The notes under the pieces: generated by a model | What the model saw: only the letters and a program-made list of their open reading frames with translations | The model's database searches: none | What the model was told of the DNA's origin: nothing | Made by a program: the position numbers and the translations under genes | Shown: positions 27,215 to 36,518 of the stretch, piece after piece | Layout of the letters: each line of letters begins with the position of its first letter | How positions within the stretch are numbered: the stretch's first letter is position 1 | Virus record (IMG/VR): IMGVR_UViG_3300007512_000001 | Location: 1 to 64,000 of that record | DNA length: 64,000 nucleotides | From: a virus | Strand: one strand, 5' to 3'

Positions 27215-27487
27215 ATGAGCACGTATCAAGAAAGGCAAGTAAGGGCGGCGCGGAAGAAGCGTCTAAAGGTATTTGGCCGGAAAAAGAAAATAAGATTAAC
27301 TTCTACGGTTAATCCCTTTCCCAATTACGAAACTAATAGCCCTAATTATCCTTCATTAGACACACGAATCCCATTGGGCCCGTGCCGTGATTCATTGAAA
27401 TCAACAAATCATACAATCGCTCCTGCTTATAATAAAGGAGCATATCAAGTTATCAGCAAAGACTGTATCAAGGACATAGGTAGATAA
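27215..27487 (+). CDS. basic hypothetical phage protein
   Basis: TIAPAYNKGAYQVIS motif common in T4-like phages. Confidence 0.7.
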   Translation: MSTYQERQVRAARKKRLKVFGRKKKIRLTSTVNPFPNYETNSPNYPSLDTRIPLGPCRDSLKSTNHTIAPAYNKGAYQVISKDCIKDIGR

Positions 27488-27976
27488 ATGACAGATGACA
27501 CTGTAGCAAAACCACTAGTAAAAGACAGATTTTGGATACTATCACGAAATGGTGAAAGTGTCGGCTTATTAAACAGAATAGGAGACTCTCACTATGTTGT
27601 TACGCAACACGGCAAAAAGATAGCATTCAATTCTAAAAAAACATTGTTAGATAAGTATCCACTTCGCTTTATTAAATATAAAGCAAGTGATAAACCAACA
27701 AAAGCATCTGAAGAAGTACACAACTATCCAATTAATTCTAAGAATGCATATAATGTTATATATGATCTTAAAAGAAAACTTCCGATGTTTAATAAAAGAG
27801 AGGATAGTAAATGTTGGTTTTGTGCCGGATATTATATTGTTAACTTTATAAAAATAGGATGGACATCGGCGTTTTGTCCTAAACTTATTACATTAGATAG
27901 ATACGGATATAAAGGCCCGTTTAAAACGATTGAAAAGGCAAAGGAAGCATTAAGATATGCCAAATCCTCAACTTAA
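27488..27976 (+). CDS. conserved hypothetical phage protein
   Basis: AGYYIV..W...FCPKLITL.RY.YKGPFKT. Confidence 0.75.
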   Translation: MTDDTVAKPLVKDRFWILSRNGESVGLLNRIGDSHYVVTQHGKKIAFNSKKTLLDKYPLRFIKYKASDKPTKASEEVHNYPINSKNAYNVIYDLKRKLPMFNKREDSKCWFCAGYYIVNFIKIGWTSAFCPKLITLDRYGYKGPFKTIEKAKEALRYAKSST

Positions 27977-28199
27977 TTTGCGCCCTGTAGAAAATCTACT
28001 TAACCAAATTGCCGGAATTAGACACACCGGACAAAATGAGTTAAGGATAGGCAAGCAACATTGCCAAGATCTTGAACATTGTTTGGCTGTACTTTTGACT
28101 CATATTGCAACTTGTCAAGAAGAAATCATTAGATTACAAAAAGAAAAACTTGAAGACAACGTTATTAAAGTAGAGTTTGACGCTGGAGAATTCGAGTAA
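27957..28199 (+). CDS. hypothetical protein
   Basis: 80-aa ORF, ends VEFDAGEFE. Confidence 0.65.
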   Translation: MPNPQLNLRPVENLLNQIAGIRHTGQNELRIGKQHCQDLEHCLAVLLTHIATCQEEIIRLQKEKLEDNVIKVEFDAGEFE

Positions 28200-28276
28200 T
28201 AAAATATTTAATCTGCGGATAAATAGTTATATGTACATATTATGCCTTGTACATATAATGGAGAAGCAGATTAAAT

Positions 28277-28570
28277 ATGAGCAGGCCAAAACCTAAAGTT
28301 CTTTTAGAACACATTAACAAGGACACATATAAGTCAGACCAGATTTTAGAAGTAGAAGGTATCTGGACAGTGTTCTATGACGGTCAGCCAATCAACCTTA
28401 AGACAAGTAATCTATTAGTCAATTACCCTGGGCCAAAATACAAAAGAATAGCCTTTGGTAATCCAGGTCACGCACATAACTTGGCTAAAAAATTAAATTC
28501 CCAATTTAAGACAGATAAATTCTCAGTGTTTTTATTATCTAAAGGGAAAAAAGTAAAACCTAGTGAGTAA
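28277..28570 (+). CDS. conserved hypothetical phage protein
   Basis: MSRPKPKVLLE...YPGPKYKR..F.NPGHA.NLAKKLN. Confidence 0.75.
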   Translation: MSRPKPKVLLEHINKDTYKSDQILEVEGIWTVFYDGQPINLKTSNLLVNYPGPKYKRIAFGNPGHAHNLAKKLNSQFKTDKFSVFLLSKGKKVKPSE

Positions 28571-28979
28571 GCAATTAACAAAATTAGACTACACAACAAA
28601 ATTTTTTAGTCTGCTAGATATACCAGATAATCAAAAAAATAGAAAAAAATATCTTGATTTCTGGTGGTATAATATTAGAGAATCTAGCAATGGACTACGA
28701 CTTACTAAGCCGGGATATCTAACAATAACAAAAGAGTTGGATATAAAGGAATACAAGTTCGATCTAGATATAGATGATTACGAAGGGAAACTGCATCTGT
28801 ATCTAGATTTGGACCACTATATCCCAAGCCCGTATTTCATACATTCTAATAAAATAGGGAAATTACATAAAGCAATGAAAATCTCGATTTTTGAAGAAAA
28901 ACTGGCTACAATGTTTTATTTAAGCGGAAATTCCCTTAATAAAATTGTGGAATCTATGCGATTATCGCTTGAATTCTAG
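28563..28979 (+). CDS. hypothetical protein
   Basis: WWYNIR...GLRLTKPG, PYF motifs. Confidence 0.7.
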   Translation: MSKQLTKLDYTTKFFSLLDIPDNQKNRKKYLDFWWYNIRESSNGLRLTKPGYLTITKELDIKEYKFDLDIDDYEGKLHLYLDLDHYIPSPYFIHSNKIGKLHKAMKISIFEEKLATMFYLSGNSLNKIVESMRLSLEF

Positions 28980-29011
28980 TATTTTTTAGCATTTTTTTAA
29001 AAGTCCTTTAA

Positions 29012-29024
29012 AATCAACAACTTA
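29012..29024 (+). promoter_or_regulatory. IHF-consensus box upstream of an early promoter
   Basis: AATCAACAACTTA = WATCAANNNNTTR. Confidence 0.55.
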
Positions 29025-29038
29025 CATCACCTTTTTTC

Positions 29039-29067
29039 ATGACAATTTCGCCCAGATCCCGTATAAT
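29039..29067 (+). promoter_or_regulatory. early sigma70-type promoter
   Basis: ATGACA-17-TATAAT; similar to the promoter at 36546. Confidence 0.7.
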
Positions 29068-29098
29068 GTATATATACGCTAAAGAAACAGGCAGAAAT

Positions 29099-29590
29099 AT
29101 GAAAATCGTTATTACTACACAGATTCTCGAAAACTACGGCGCCCATGATTGGGACGGCCAGGGTGAATGTCCTCAATACTGGAAAGCCAAGGGTGGCGAA
29201 CTTTATGTGGTTGAAAACCTGTCACCCATGGAAGCCATTGAGGCTGTTAAACCCGGCGGTCTTGCTGATCGTGTTGGTGACGCGGTTACCGTCCGGGACA
29301 ATCCCGCCTTTGAGGAGTATGTGATCGGTTGTAACTTGCTCGACGAGTGCGAGCCGGTTGGCGAGGAGTGGGAAACTCCTTGGATCCTGGTCGAAACTGA
29401 TATCGGCTTTTATGCTGAACAGTTCCGCGCTCGGGACTACAGTTGGTCCGATGACGCTGAAGGCGTCATTGGAATGCGGTCGTCCAAGACCATCGTTGCT
29501 GGTGAAGCGGACAAATACAATCCTGTCCTTTATGTTTATGAGGACGGTGAAACCAAAACTTTCGAAGAATTTCGTGCGGAGGCCGCGTAA
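29099..29590 (+). CDS. hypothetical early protein
   Basis: MKIVITTQILENYGAHDWDG.GECPQYWK.KGG; start at 29099 downstream of the promoter. Confidence 0.8.
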   Translation: MKIVITTQILENYGAHDWDGQGECPQYWKAKGGELYVVENLSPMEAIEAVKPGGLADRVGDAVTVRDNPAFEEYVIGCNLLDECEPVGEEWETPWILVETDIGFYAEQFRARDYSWSDDAEGVIGMRSSKTIVAGEADKYNPVLYVYEDGETKTFEEFRAEAA

Positions 29591-30156
29591 TGGCATGGTA
29601 TAATCAAGAACGGAAGAAAGCAGTTCAACCCGCAATGCGAAAACTGCTGAAGGAGTACGGACTCAAAGGTTCATTGTCCGTCCAAAATCACAGCACAGTG
29701 GTCCTTACCATCAAGTCTGGTGCCATCGACTTTGAAAATTCCAGAACCGCAGAGCATACCCATAACCAGGTAAACGTATACTGGATCGATAGTCATTGGA
29801 CTGGCAAAGCCAAGGAGTTTTTGACCAAGGCCAACGATCTGCTCAACATCGATAACTACGATAACTCCGACATTATGACAGACTACTTTGATGTTGGTTG
29901 GTATGTTGACATTAATCTCGGCAAATGGAACCAGCCGTATGTTTACGAGCCTGGTGCGAGCGATCGAGTAAAGAAGGCGTCATCCAAGAAAAAGAAGGCC
30001 GCCAAGAAGAAGTCCGTAAAGAAGTGGACTGCTCTCGAAGGCGAAGCGACCAAGAAGCAGTTGTGGGCCTTGTTTTGTATCACCAAGAAGGACCATCGCG
30101 ATATGGGACTTTCGCGACAAGAAGCGTATGATATGATTCAGGAGTTGAACTCGTAA
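29590..30156 (+). CDS. hypothetical early protein with Lys-rich linker and extra C-terminal domain
   Basis: DNSDIMTDYFDVGWYVDIN motif; KKASSKKKKAAKKKSVKK; EATKKQL. Confidence 0.8.
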   Translation: MAWYNQERKKAVQPAMRKLLKEYGLKGSLSVQNHSTVVLTIKSGAIDFENSRTAEHTHNQVNVYWIDSHWTGKAKEFLTKANDLLNIDNYDNSDIMTDYFDVGWYVDINLGKWNQPYVYEPGASDRVKKASSKKKKAAKKKSVKKWTALEGEATKKQLWALFCITKKDHRDMGLSRQEAYDMIQELNS

Positions 30157-30446
30157 TGGCACATCGAAAGACAATCGAAGTTGAGAAAGTTAAGGGTATG
30201 GCAAATCGAGCCCTTGAAGCATCTATGCGTTGGAGCGAGGTAGAAAGCAAATACGTTCCTGTTGATCGCTACTGGCGCCAAGGCGTGATGTTGATGGTTG
30301 AGCAAGTCCTTATGGACTCTGGCAATTACAAGGGGTTTGGCTACTTGACTGAAAACGAAGTTCCGAAAGGAGCATTGCCCGGTATACGGCGCAACAAAGC
30401 GGATAAATTCGAAAACACTGACAATACTCGCGTGAGGTATTTTTAA
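30156..30446 (+). CDS. hypothetical early protein
   Basis: GNYKGFGYL; TAATG coupling. Confidence 0.75.
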   Translation: MAHRKTIEVEKVKGMANRALEASMRWSEVESKYVPVDRYWRQGVMLMVEQVLMDSGNYKGFGYLTENEVPKGALPGIRRNKADKFENTDNTRVRYF

Positions 30447-30447
30447 A

Positions 30448-30858
30448 ATGGTTGACTACACTATCACAGCATTGGGTGATGACGTTAACATTCACCTGAC
30501 AACCTATCAAGGGGCAGTTGTCGCAACCTACGAGGAGATTCGATCTCTCTTTATTTTTAATGTAGGTATGGACAAAGACCCCGAATACTCATTTGAGGAT
30601 GCGCGGATCCGCGCTTCGCGAGGATATCAAAACGTACATAACGAGTTTCGTGTAGAGATGAGCGTTACAGGAGATGATGTTGAACCAGAATATTGGAAGC
30701 ATAAACTAGTCGCTACTATATACGACTGGAAACCGAAAAAATCTGACGACGCGATGAAGGGATACTACCATTGGCGCGTCGGTGGCCACGAATCGTGTGT
30801 AGAAGGCTACATCAACGATATGGTTAAACGACAACGAAAGGTATTAACCAATGGTTGA
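30448..30858 (+). CDS. hypothetical early protein
   Basis: ATIYDWK...WRVGG motif. Confidence 0.7.
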   Translation: MVDYTITALGDDVNIHLTTYQGAVVATYEEIRSLFIFNVGMDKDPEYSFEDARIRASRGYQNVHNEFRVEMSVTGDDVEPEYWKHKLVATIYDWKPKKSDDAMKGYYHWRVGGHESCVEGYINDMVKRQRKVLTNG

Positions 30859-30928
30859 TGTTATTATCGAGTTGTTTATTATGGCAGGCTTAGTTCTGAC
30901 TTTGTGGGCAACACTGACACAGCCATGA
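30851..30928 (+). CDS. 25-aa hydrophobic peptide
   Basis: MVDVIIELFIMAGLVLTLWATLTQP, coupled at both ends. Confidence 0.45.
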   Translation: MVDVIIELFIMAGLVLTLWATLTQP

Positions 30929-31113
30929 GCAAGATTAATCCAAAGAAAATGTCTGATGTTGATCTTTACTTTGAAATGGATCGCATCTGGATAGCAGACG
31001 ATTGCCCTGAAATGACTACAAAACTGTTTAACAGATATATCTCAGAAAATTTCGCCGGCGAAACGGTGCAGAAGCGTCTTAATTATTATACCTGGAAAGA
31101 GGATAGGTGGTAA
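30925..31113 (+). CDS. hypothetical protein
   Basis: ATGA coupling; MSKINPKKMSD. Confidence 0.55.
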   Translation: MSKINPKKMSDVDLYFEMDRIWIADDCPEMTTKLFNRYISENFAGETVQKRLNYYTWKEDRW

Positions 31114-31114
31114 T

Positions 31115-31444
31115 ATGTATAATATTCATGTCAATCATGACGAAATGAGTTCGGCGTTCAAACGAATCATGAACACTGATTTTCGAGATCTATCCATGGA
31201 TGAGTTGGATATGATTCATCAAAATATTATTCGAGAACGCAGACGGAAAGGTAACACATTAATAAAATCTCTAAAAGTAGGAGATAAGGTTACTGTTGAC
31301 ACAGGACGCAAAACTAATAGAGGAAAGGTCCCCCCTACAATGTCTGGAGTAGTACGAGAAATAAAACGCTCTAGGGTTGTTGTGGATTGTATGCAACACG
31401 GCTTATGGAGAGTGCCTAGCACTCGTTTATCAGTAGAGGCATAG
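31115..31444 (+). CDS. hypothetical protein with SH3/KOW-like C-terminus
   Basis: LKVGDKVTV...GVVREIKRSRVVV...WRVP. Confidence 0.7.
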   Translation: MYNIHVNHDEMSSAFKRIMNTDFRDLSMDELDMIHQNIIRERRRKGNTLIKSLKVGDKVTVDTGRKTNRGKVPPTMSGVVREIKRSRVVVDCMQHGLWRVPSTRLSVEA

Positions 31445-31448
31445 CATA

Positions 31449-31619
31449 ATGTGGTTATTCATTTTGTTAGTGGTGCCAGTGTTAAGTGTTGGTATTAATA
31501 TCCACTATCTAGTAAACGATCCCGAAGGGTTTTTCAAAGGACTCGTTAAATCTTTTGCTGTATTCGGAATTGCGATCGGTGTAATAATTCTTTTGGCCAT
31601 CACAGGACATATAGATTAA
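31449..31619 (+). CDS. 56-aa two-TM membrane protein
   Basis: MWLFILLVVPVLSVGINIHYLVNDPEGFFKGLVKSFAVFGIAIGVIILLAITGHID. Confidence 0.6.
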   Translation: MWLFILLVVPVLSVGINIHYLVNDPEGFFKGLVKSFAVFGIAIGVIILLAITGHID

Positions 31620-31630
31620 GGAGAAGCACA

Positions 31631-31828
31631 ATGAGAACTAATTTAACAATGTTGACCGATTACCAAGGTCCTGGGTTCTATGACGAGAATGGTGCTCGAG
31701 TATGCTCACTTCATCCGGATGCGATGATGTGGTTTATCGAGACGCTGGGCTACGCTCGCATAGATTCACCCAGTGACTTTGGCCAATTTTCTAACAAGTC
31801 TGAAAGAAAACAAGATGAGCATGTATGA
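31631..31828 (+). CDS. hypothetical protein
   Basis: AAGGAG RBS, 65 aa. Confidence 0.6.
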   Translation: MRTNLTMLTDYQGPGFYDENGARVCSLHPDAMMWFIETLGYARIDSPSDFGQFSNKSERKQDEHV

Positions 31829-32060
31829 CACACCAAAATGTACGTACAAGAAGAAGTTTCCTGTGGACCAGTTTGGACGCCCGGGCGGATCATATTCGAC
31901 ATCCGATCTTCCAGTAGCAGGTGAAAAATCCCTAAACCGAGTAGGAATGATCATGGCCATGGATCTTGAGACTCAAGTCTATGAAATAAAAGACCATGAA
32001 AAAGGCTGGGTTTTTCTAGTGCCTTTCGCTGATGTAGAAATAGTTGAAAATAATTCATAA
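31815..32060 (+). CDS. hypothetical protein
   Basis: MSMYDTPKC..., overlaps the end of the previous ORF. Confidence 0.6.
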   Translation: MSMYDTPKCTYKKKFPVDQFGRPGGSYSTSDLPVAGEKSLNRVGMIMAMDLETQVYEIKDHEKGWVFLVPFADVEIVENNS

Positions 32061-32103
32061 AAAGAATTTATAATTGCTATAAGTTTATTTTATGTAGAAA
32101 TGC

Positions 32104-32132
32104 TTGATTTCTGTTATTGTCTTTGCTATATT
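32104..32132 (+). promoter_or_regulatory. sigma70-type promoter
   Basis: TTGATT-17-TATATT. Confidence 0.5.
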
Positions 32133-32164
32133 ATTATATACGATAAACACAACACGGAGCGTAA

Positions 32165-32344
32165 ATGTCTACTAAAAGACAAAAAAGACAAAAGCAATTA
32201 GCAGAATTAAGCATTGTATGGGGAAGGTTAGCAGACACACAAGCCTTGCTCATAGAGCTGCAACAAAATGAGATAAAATCTCTAGAAAGCCTTGTACAAG
32301 TTTTAACAGGACACGACGAAGACGAGGAAGTCACAATACACTAA
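32165..32344 (+). CDS. 59-aa hypothetical protein (absent from the ORF track)
   Basis: GGAG RBS; MSTKRQKRQKQLAELSIVW...EEVTIH. Confidence 0.65.
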   Translation: MSTKRQKRQKQLAELSIVWGRLADTQALLIELQQNEIKSLESLVQVLTGHDEDEEVTIH

Positions 32345-32358
32345 GTAGAAACCACACA

Positions 32359-32386
32359 GATTGCCCGGGATTAATCCCGGGCAATC
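32359..32386. repeat. perfect 28-bp palindrome (terminator/cruciform)
   Basis: GATTGCCCGGGATTAATCCCGGGCAATC. Confidence 0.9.
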
Positions 32387-32405
32387 AAAAAGTTAGTAAA
32401 AAAGG

Positions 32406-32434
32406 TTGACAAATAATGGTAGTGAGTATATCAT
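32406..32434 (+). promoter_or_regulatory. sigma70-type promoter
   Basis: TTGACA-17-TATCAT. Confidence 0.75.
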
Positions 32435-32530
32435 TATATATAGTTGTAAAGAATTTCGCGATATCGCGAAAGAGGTTGGCAGACCTTTTCTGCTATAGTA
32501 AATAGGGCTCGAGCCCAAGGAAAATGTAAA

Positions 32531-32776
32531 ATGAGCAATACTGATAAAGTACTAAACGCACTTCAAGAAGGACAGGAACTTTCAGCGGCGCAGATCTCTG
32601 CTCGTTGGGGAGTTGGTAACCCGGGTGCGACCATTCAGAATCTTCGATTCAAAGGTCACTCGATTTACTTGAATGCACACACCGACACAAAAGGTCGTGT
32701 TGTCAACAAGTATCGCATGGGTACTCCTTCTCGCGCAGTTGTAGCCGCTGGTTACCGCGCACTTGCTGGTCAGTAA
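32531..32776 (+). CDS. winged helix-turn-helix DNA-binding protein
   Basis: VLNALQEGQELSAAQISARWGVGNPGATIQNLRFKGHSIY. Confidence 0.75.
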   Translation: MSNTDKVLNALQEGQELSAAQISARWGVGNPGATIQNLRFKGHSIYLNAHTDTKGRVVNKYRMGTPSRAVVAAGYRALAGQ

Positions 32777-32799
32777 TCATTACTAACCACACAGGACAC

Positions 32800-32820
32800 A
32801 GGGGGGCGCTGCCCCCCTTA
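32800..32820 (+). terminator. GC hairpin, probable terminator
   Basis: AGGGGGGC-GCT-GCCCCCCT. Confidence 0.6.
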
Positions 32821-32904
32821 CTCCTGAACTGATGTTGGCTTAGACCGAAGACATCATGTAAACAAAGTTGTAAACAAAATCATCATTCCACAGGAGAAAA
32901 AAAG

Positions 32905-33000
32905 ATGGCATACAATTCTAAACTGTTTCCAAGATACATCCTAAGGATCCCCTTTATAAAGAAACGCAGCCAGGCACCGGTAAAGCACCCGGATGGTTGA
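32905..33000 (+). CDS. 31-aa ORF, possibly frameshifted
   Basis: CAGGAG RBS; an alternative frame runs to TAA at 33018-33020, which abuts the next RBS. Confidence 0.35.
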   Translation: MAYNSKLFPRYILRIPFIKKRSQAPVKHPDG

Positions 33001-33032
33001 TGACCGTTATCGATTATTAAGGAGACAGTATC

Positions 33033-34253
33033 ATGTATCCAGACAAAGATCCGAAAGAGATTTTCGGCGAAGACCTACTTCAGGTCTTCGGACCGAAGAC
33101 AAAGCGTAAGCATATCAGCAAACTTACTACTTCTGAAAGAATTGAACTTTGTAGTAAAGTACCTGAATATGTAGACACAAGCGGATTAGGCGATGATCCA
33201 TCCCTATTTCAAATTGCCAATCAAATTCTAACAGTACTGAAGAACTCACAGGCATTGCTTGGTATTGATTTAGATTGGTTAACCTCTAATGACTTAATAG
33301 AAAAAGGATTAAAAAGGCATCCTGATGCCTTTAAGCCAGTCATAAAAGTAGTAAAGAATAACCAAGTTCAACGCGGTATACAACTACGCCATTTGCTATT
33401 AGATATTCTTTTTGTATTTGACCCCAAATGGGTCCTTATGGGAACCGCGCGGTATAGTAAAAAAGAAGATCTATTTTATCTTAATGATGCACAACATCGT
33501 TATCTGTCATGCGTGATATTAGGCGTTCGTGACATTCCTTTAGAGTACGAAGAGAGTGAGCGCCGTAGTGTTGATGTATGGCAATATGCCGCAGTTAATC
33601 TAAACAGCCTTGTGGCTAGCCATTACGATAGATACCGCAACATGGTACAAGCAGTTAAATCTTTAATAGAAGAAGGCGCAAAGGATGAGGTACAGGCTTT
33701 AGAAGATACTAAACCAGCGTACACAACTGCTTGGAACATCTATAACATTTTAAAGCGTGTACAGGCTAAGATGATAGAGAAAGGTGGAGAAAAAGCAAAA
33801 TCAAAAGAGTGTACAGGTGTGTTCAATATGTCACGTCACTATGATGATTATGGCCAGGAAATATTTGAACGTGCTGTAAGAATCCACGTTGGCGCCCTTA
33901 GCAGTAGTCCTATTGCTAGTCCTAATATTTGGGGCATTTGTGAGTTTATTAAGAATCAAGAAGGACTTGATTTAGACATCTATCAAATAGACTATGAAAT
34001 AGGGCAAGCCATTAACCATAAGTACCTTCCTAGTAGGAATGGTTTGCACCTTGATGCCAAACGTGCCAAAAAGGAGGGAGTTGGAGAAGAACTAAACATT
34101 CCAGAGCCCTCTATTATTGCAGGCGCATTGCATAAGTTGATAAAAACTACTGCACCGCATGTTAAATGGAAGCCGATTACATTTAACAACAAGGTAATTG
34201 CCGACAAGTACCTTAAAGACTTTCGCGTAATGCCCTTACAAAAGGCGGCCTAA
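33033..34253 (+). CDS. ParB/Srx-fold (DGQHR-like) domain protein
   Basis: VQRG...FYLNDAQHRYLSC...VNLN; TAAGGAG RBS. Confidence 0.65.
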   Translation: MYPDKDPKEIFGEDLLQVFGPKTKRKHISKLTTSERIELCSKVPEYVDTSGLGDDPSLFQIANQILTVLKNSQALLGIDLDWLTSNDLIEKGLKRHPDAFKPVIKVVKNNQVQRGIQLRHLLLDILFVFDPKWVLMGTARYSKKEDLFYLNDAQHRYLSCVILGVRDIPLEYEESERRSVDVWQYAAVNLNSLVASHYDRYRNMVQAVKSLIEEGAKDEVQALEDTKPAYTTAWNIYNILKRVQAKMIEKGGEKAKSKECTGVFNMSRHYDDYGQEIFERAVRIHVGALSSSPIASPNIWGICEFIKNQEGLDLDIYQIDYEIGQAINHKYLPSRNGLHLDAKRAKKEGVGEELNIPEPSIIAGALHKLIKTTAPHVKWKPITFNNKVIADKYLKDFRVMPLQKAA

Positions 34254-34254
34254 T

Positions 34255-34767
34255 ATGCCTACGTTAAATGAGCAAATACAAAACAGAGTCTTTACTACTC
34301 AGTATGATGATGACACGTATTATACTCAAGACCTTTATGATTACTTAATAGATAATATTAACGATCCCGATATACTTTTCAAGCATAAAATTTTAGGATT
34401 TTATAAACAAAAGTATAAGTGGACTAAAGAAGAAGCATTAGAATTTATTGAGAATAATCTAGAAAAAAGTAGAGGTCATTACGTAATTGACGAATGGTTT
34501 TCATATGATTGGGGCAGTGGATTGAATTCCATTACCAAGGACAAAATGTACAGTCCCCAATTGGATCATATTATACCCAAAGCAGAAGGAGGCACAGACC
34601 ATCCTAGTAATATGCGTATAAGGGCTGCCAGGCTAAATCAAAATAAAGGAGACACTAATACAGATATAGAATTTGTTGCTAGTATTCTGGATATGATATC
34701 TGATTTAGAGAACCCCGAAAAATATGCTGAGCATATTATTCAAGCAATTAATGAAAAACTAGGCTAG
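34255..34767 (+). CDS. HNH endonuclease domain protein
   Basis: PQLDHIIPKAEGGTDHPSNMRIRAARLNQNKGD. Confidence 0.85.
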   Translation: MPTLNEQIQNRVFTTQYDDDTYYTQDLYDYLIDNINDPDILFKHKILGFYKQKYKWTKEEALEFIENNLEKSRGHYVIDEWFSYDWGSGLNSITKDKMYSPQLDHIIPKAEGGTDHPSNMRIRAARLNQNKGDTNTDIEFVASILDMISDLENPEKYAEHIIQAINEKLG

Positions 34768-34771
34768 GAAG

Positions 34772-34800
34772 AAGGGGCGAATCGCCCCTTTTTCTTTCTT
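34772..34800 (+). terminator. intrinsic terminator
   Basis: AAGGGGCGA-A-TCGCCCCTT plus T tract. Confidence 0.85.
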
Positions 34801-34810
34801 TTTAAAAAAA

Positions 34811-34866
34811 CCCTTATTTTTCAAGCATTTACGTTATCTAAAAAGCCCTTATTTTTCAAGCACTTA
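34811..34866 (+). repeat. 21-bp direct repeat of IHF-like boxes
   Basis: CCCTTATTTTTCAAGCATTTA (34811) / CCCTTATTTTTCAAGCACTTA (34846). Confidence 0.85.
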
Positions 34867-34880
34867 GGTGTTCAAAATAT

Positions 34881-34909
34881 TAGACTTTTGCACCAAAATA
34901 CGATATAAT
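34881..34909 (+). promoter_or_regulatory. early sigma70-type promoter
   Basis: TAGACT-17-TATAAT. Confidence 0.65.
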
Positions 34910-34946
34910 ATATGTATAGGCTAAAGAAATAAGGTAACCCAAGTAC

Positions 34947-35309
34947 ATGAAAAACACCCGTGAAATGAATGACCGAATCTATGAATATTGCGATTTGGTC
35001 CAGAGACTGCAAGATGAGTATTTTGAGCGCATGAAATTTACTCATTCTCCGTCAGACTACATCACTGTCAATTTTGGTAATCGCTATGCGAAGGTTATCA
35101 AAGTCAGTCGCGATTACGACGACAACGGCAATGAAGTGTTGCGTGACCGAAGCCAGTCTGTCCACAGTTTTGTTGATATGAACAACGGCGACATTCTTAA
35201 GGGCTCGTGGAAAGCGCCTGTCAAGAACGGAGTTCGTGGCAACATCTTCAGCGATGACTGTGGTGAGAGTGTCATCACCGAGCATGGTTGCGTATACCTC
35301 AGACGATAA
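34947..35309 (+). CDS. hypothetical early protein
   Basis: SVHSFVDMNNGDILK.SWKAP.KNGVRGNI motif. Confidence 0.8.
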   Translation: MKNTREMNDRIYEYCDLVQRLQDEYFERMKFTHSPSDYITVNFGNRYAKVIKVSRDYDDNGNEVLRDRSQSVHSFVDMNNGDILKGSWKAPVKNGVRGNIFSDDCGESVITEHGCVYLRR

Positions 35310-35329
35310 CTCAAGGAGACCCAAGTACA

Positions 35330-36454
35330 ATGAGCAAAAATCAAACAAGCGAAGTTCGCACTAATACCCTGAAGGAGGCCAAGAAGGCGATTCGTCGCGC
35401 GATGCTTCGTAAGCGACCCGTATTCCTTTGGGGACCTCCCGGAGTTGGCAAGTCTGATCTCGTGAGTCAGTTGGCCGATGACGTCAATGGTCTCATGTTG
35501 GACCTGCGTATGGCTCTTATGGAGCCTACTGATCTCCGTGGTATTCCTTACTACAACCAGACAGAAAACAATATGTCATGGGCTCAGCCAGTTGATCTTC
35601 CTTCAGAAGAATTGGCTAGCCAGTATGATGTCGTCGTCCTGTTTTTGGACGAGATGAACTCTGCTCCCATGGCTACTCAGGCGGCCGCTTACCAGTTGGT
35701 GCTTAACCGCAGAATTGGTACTTACAACCTGCCCGATAATGTCGTTATTGTGGCGGCTGGTAACCGCGAGACTGACCGTGGTGTCACTTATCGTATGCCA
35801 GCACCGTTGGCTAATCGCTTCGTTCATGTTGAAGTGGCGGCTGATTTTGAGACCTGGCAGGATTGGGCGATCGAAAATCAAATACATCGTGACGTTCTTG
35901 GTTACCTTACATTCGCCAAAAACGACCTTTATAACTTTGATCCGGGCTCAAATGAGCGGTCCTTTGCTACTCCCAGATCCTGGGTGTTCGTGAGTGAATT
36001 GCTTCAGGATGAAGATGGCGATCCTGAAATGACTGAAAGCGAAGTTTCGGATCTCGTTGCCGGTACTGTAGGCGAAGGTATGGCGATCAAGTTCAACGCC
36101 CATCGTAAACATTCTGGCAAATTGCCTAACCCAACCGACATTTTGGAAGGGAAGGTGAAAAGCCTTACGGTAAAGGAAGTGTCAGCGATGTACTCACTGA
36201 CGATTGCCATGTGCTACGAGTTGCGTGATGCTTTTAAGAAGTCAAAGAAAGCCAATCCGGGCAAAGAGTGGCATGAAATGTGCGATAACTTCTTCCGCTT
36301 TATGATGGATAACTTCCTTACAGAAGTTACGGTAATGGGTGCTAAGATGGCGCTCACTAACTATAACCTCCCGCTAGTGCCGGGCAAACTCAAGTCGTTC
36401 GACGAGTTTCATAAACGCTTCGGCAAGTATGTGATCTCAGCGATGGAGGGCTGA
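35330..36454 (+). CDS. MoxR-like AAA+ ATPase
   Basis: WGPPGVGKS, LFLDEMN, AAGNR, LANRF, TPRSW; AAGGAG RBS before 35330. Confidence 0.92.
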   Translation: MSKNQTSEVRTNTLKEAKKAIRRAMLRKRPVFLWGPPGVGKSDLVSQLADDVNGLMLDLRMALMEPTDLRGIPYYNQTENNMSWAQPVDLPSEELASQYDVVVLFLDEMNSAPMATQAAAYQLVLNRRIGTYNLPDNVVIVAAGNRETDRGVTYRMPAPLANRFVHVEVAADFETWQDWAIENQIHRDVLGYLTFAKNDLYNFDPGSNERSFATPRSWVFVSELLQDEDGDPEMTESEVSDLVAGTVGEGMAIKFNAHRKHSGKLPNPTDILEGKVKSLTVKEVSAMYSLTIAMCYELRDAFKKSKKANPGKEWHEMCDNFFRFMMDNFLTEVTVMGAKMALTNYNLPLVPGKLKSFDEFHKRFGKYVISAMEG

Positions 36455-36456
36455 CA

Positions 36457-36513
36457 GAGTACTTGGGAACCCCCTGGAGCCAGCGCAATGCTGGAATAAC
36501 TCCAGGGGGACTC
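36457..36513 (+). other. strong intergenic stem-loop
   Basis: CCCCCTGGAG/CTCCAGGGGG 10-bp stem with an inner CCAGC/GCTGG stem. Confidence 0.7.
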
Positions 36514-36518
36514 ATTTA

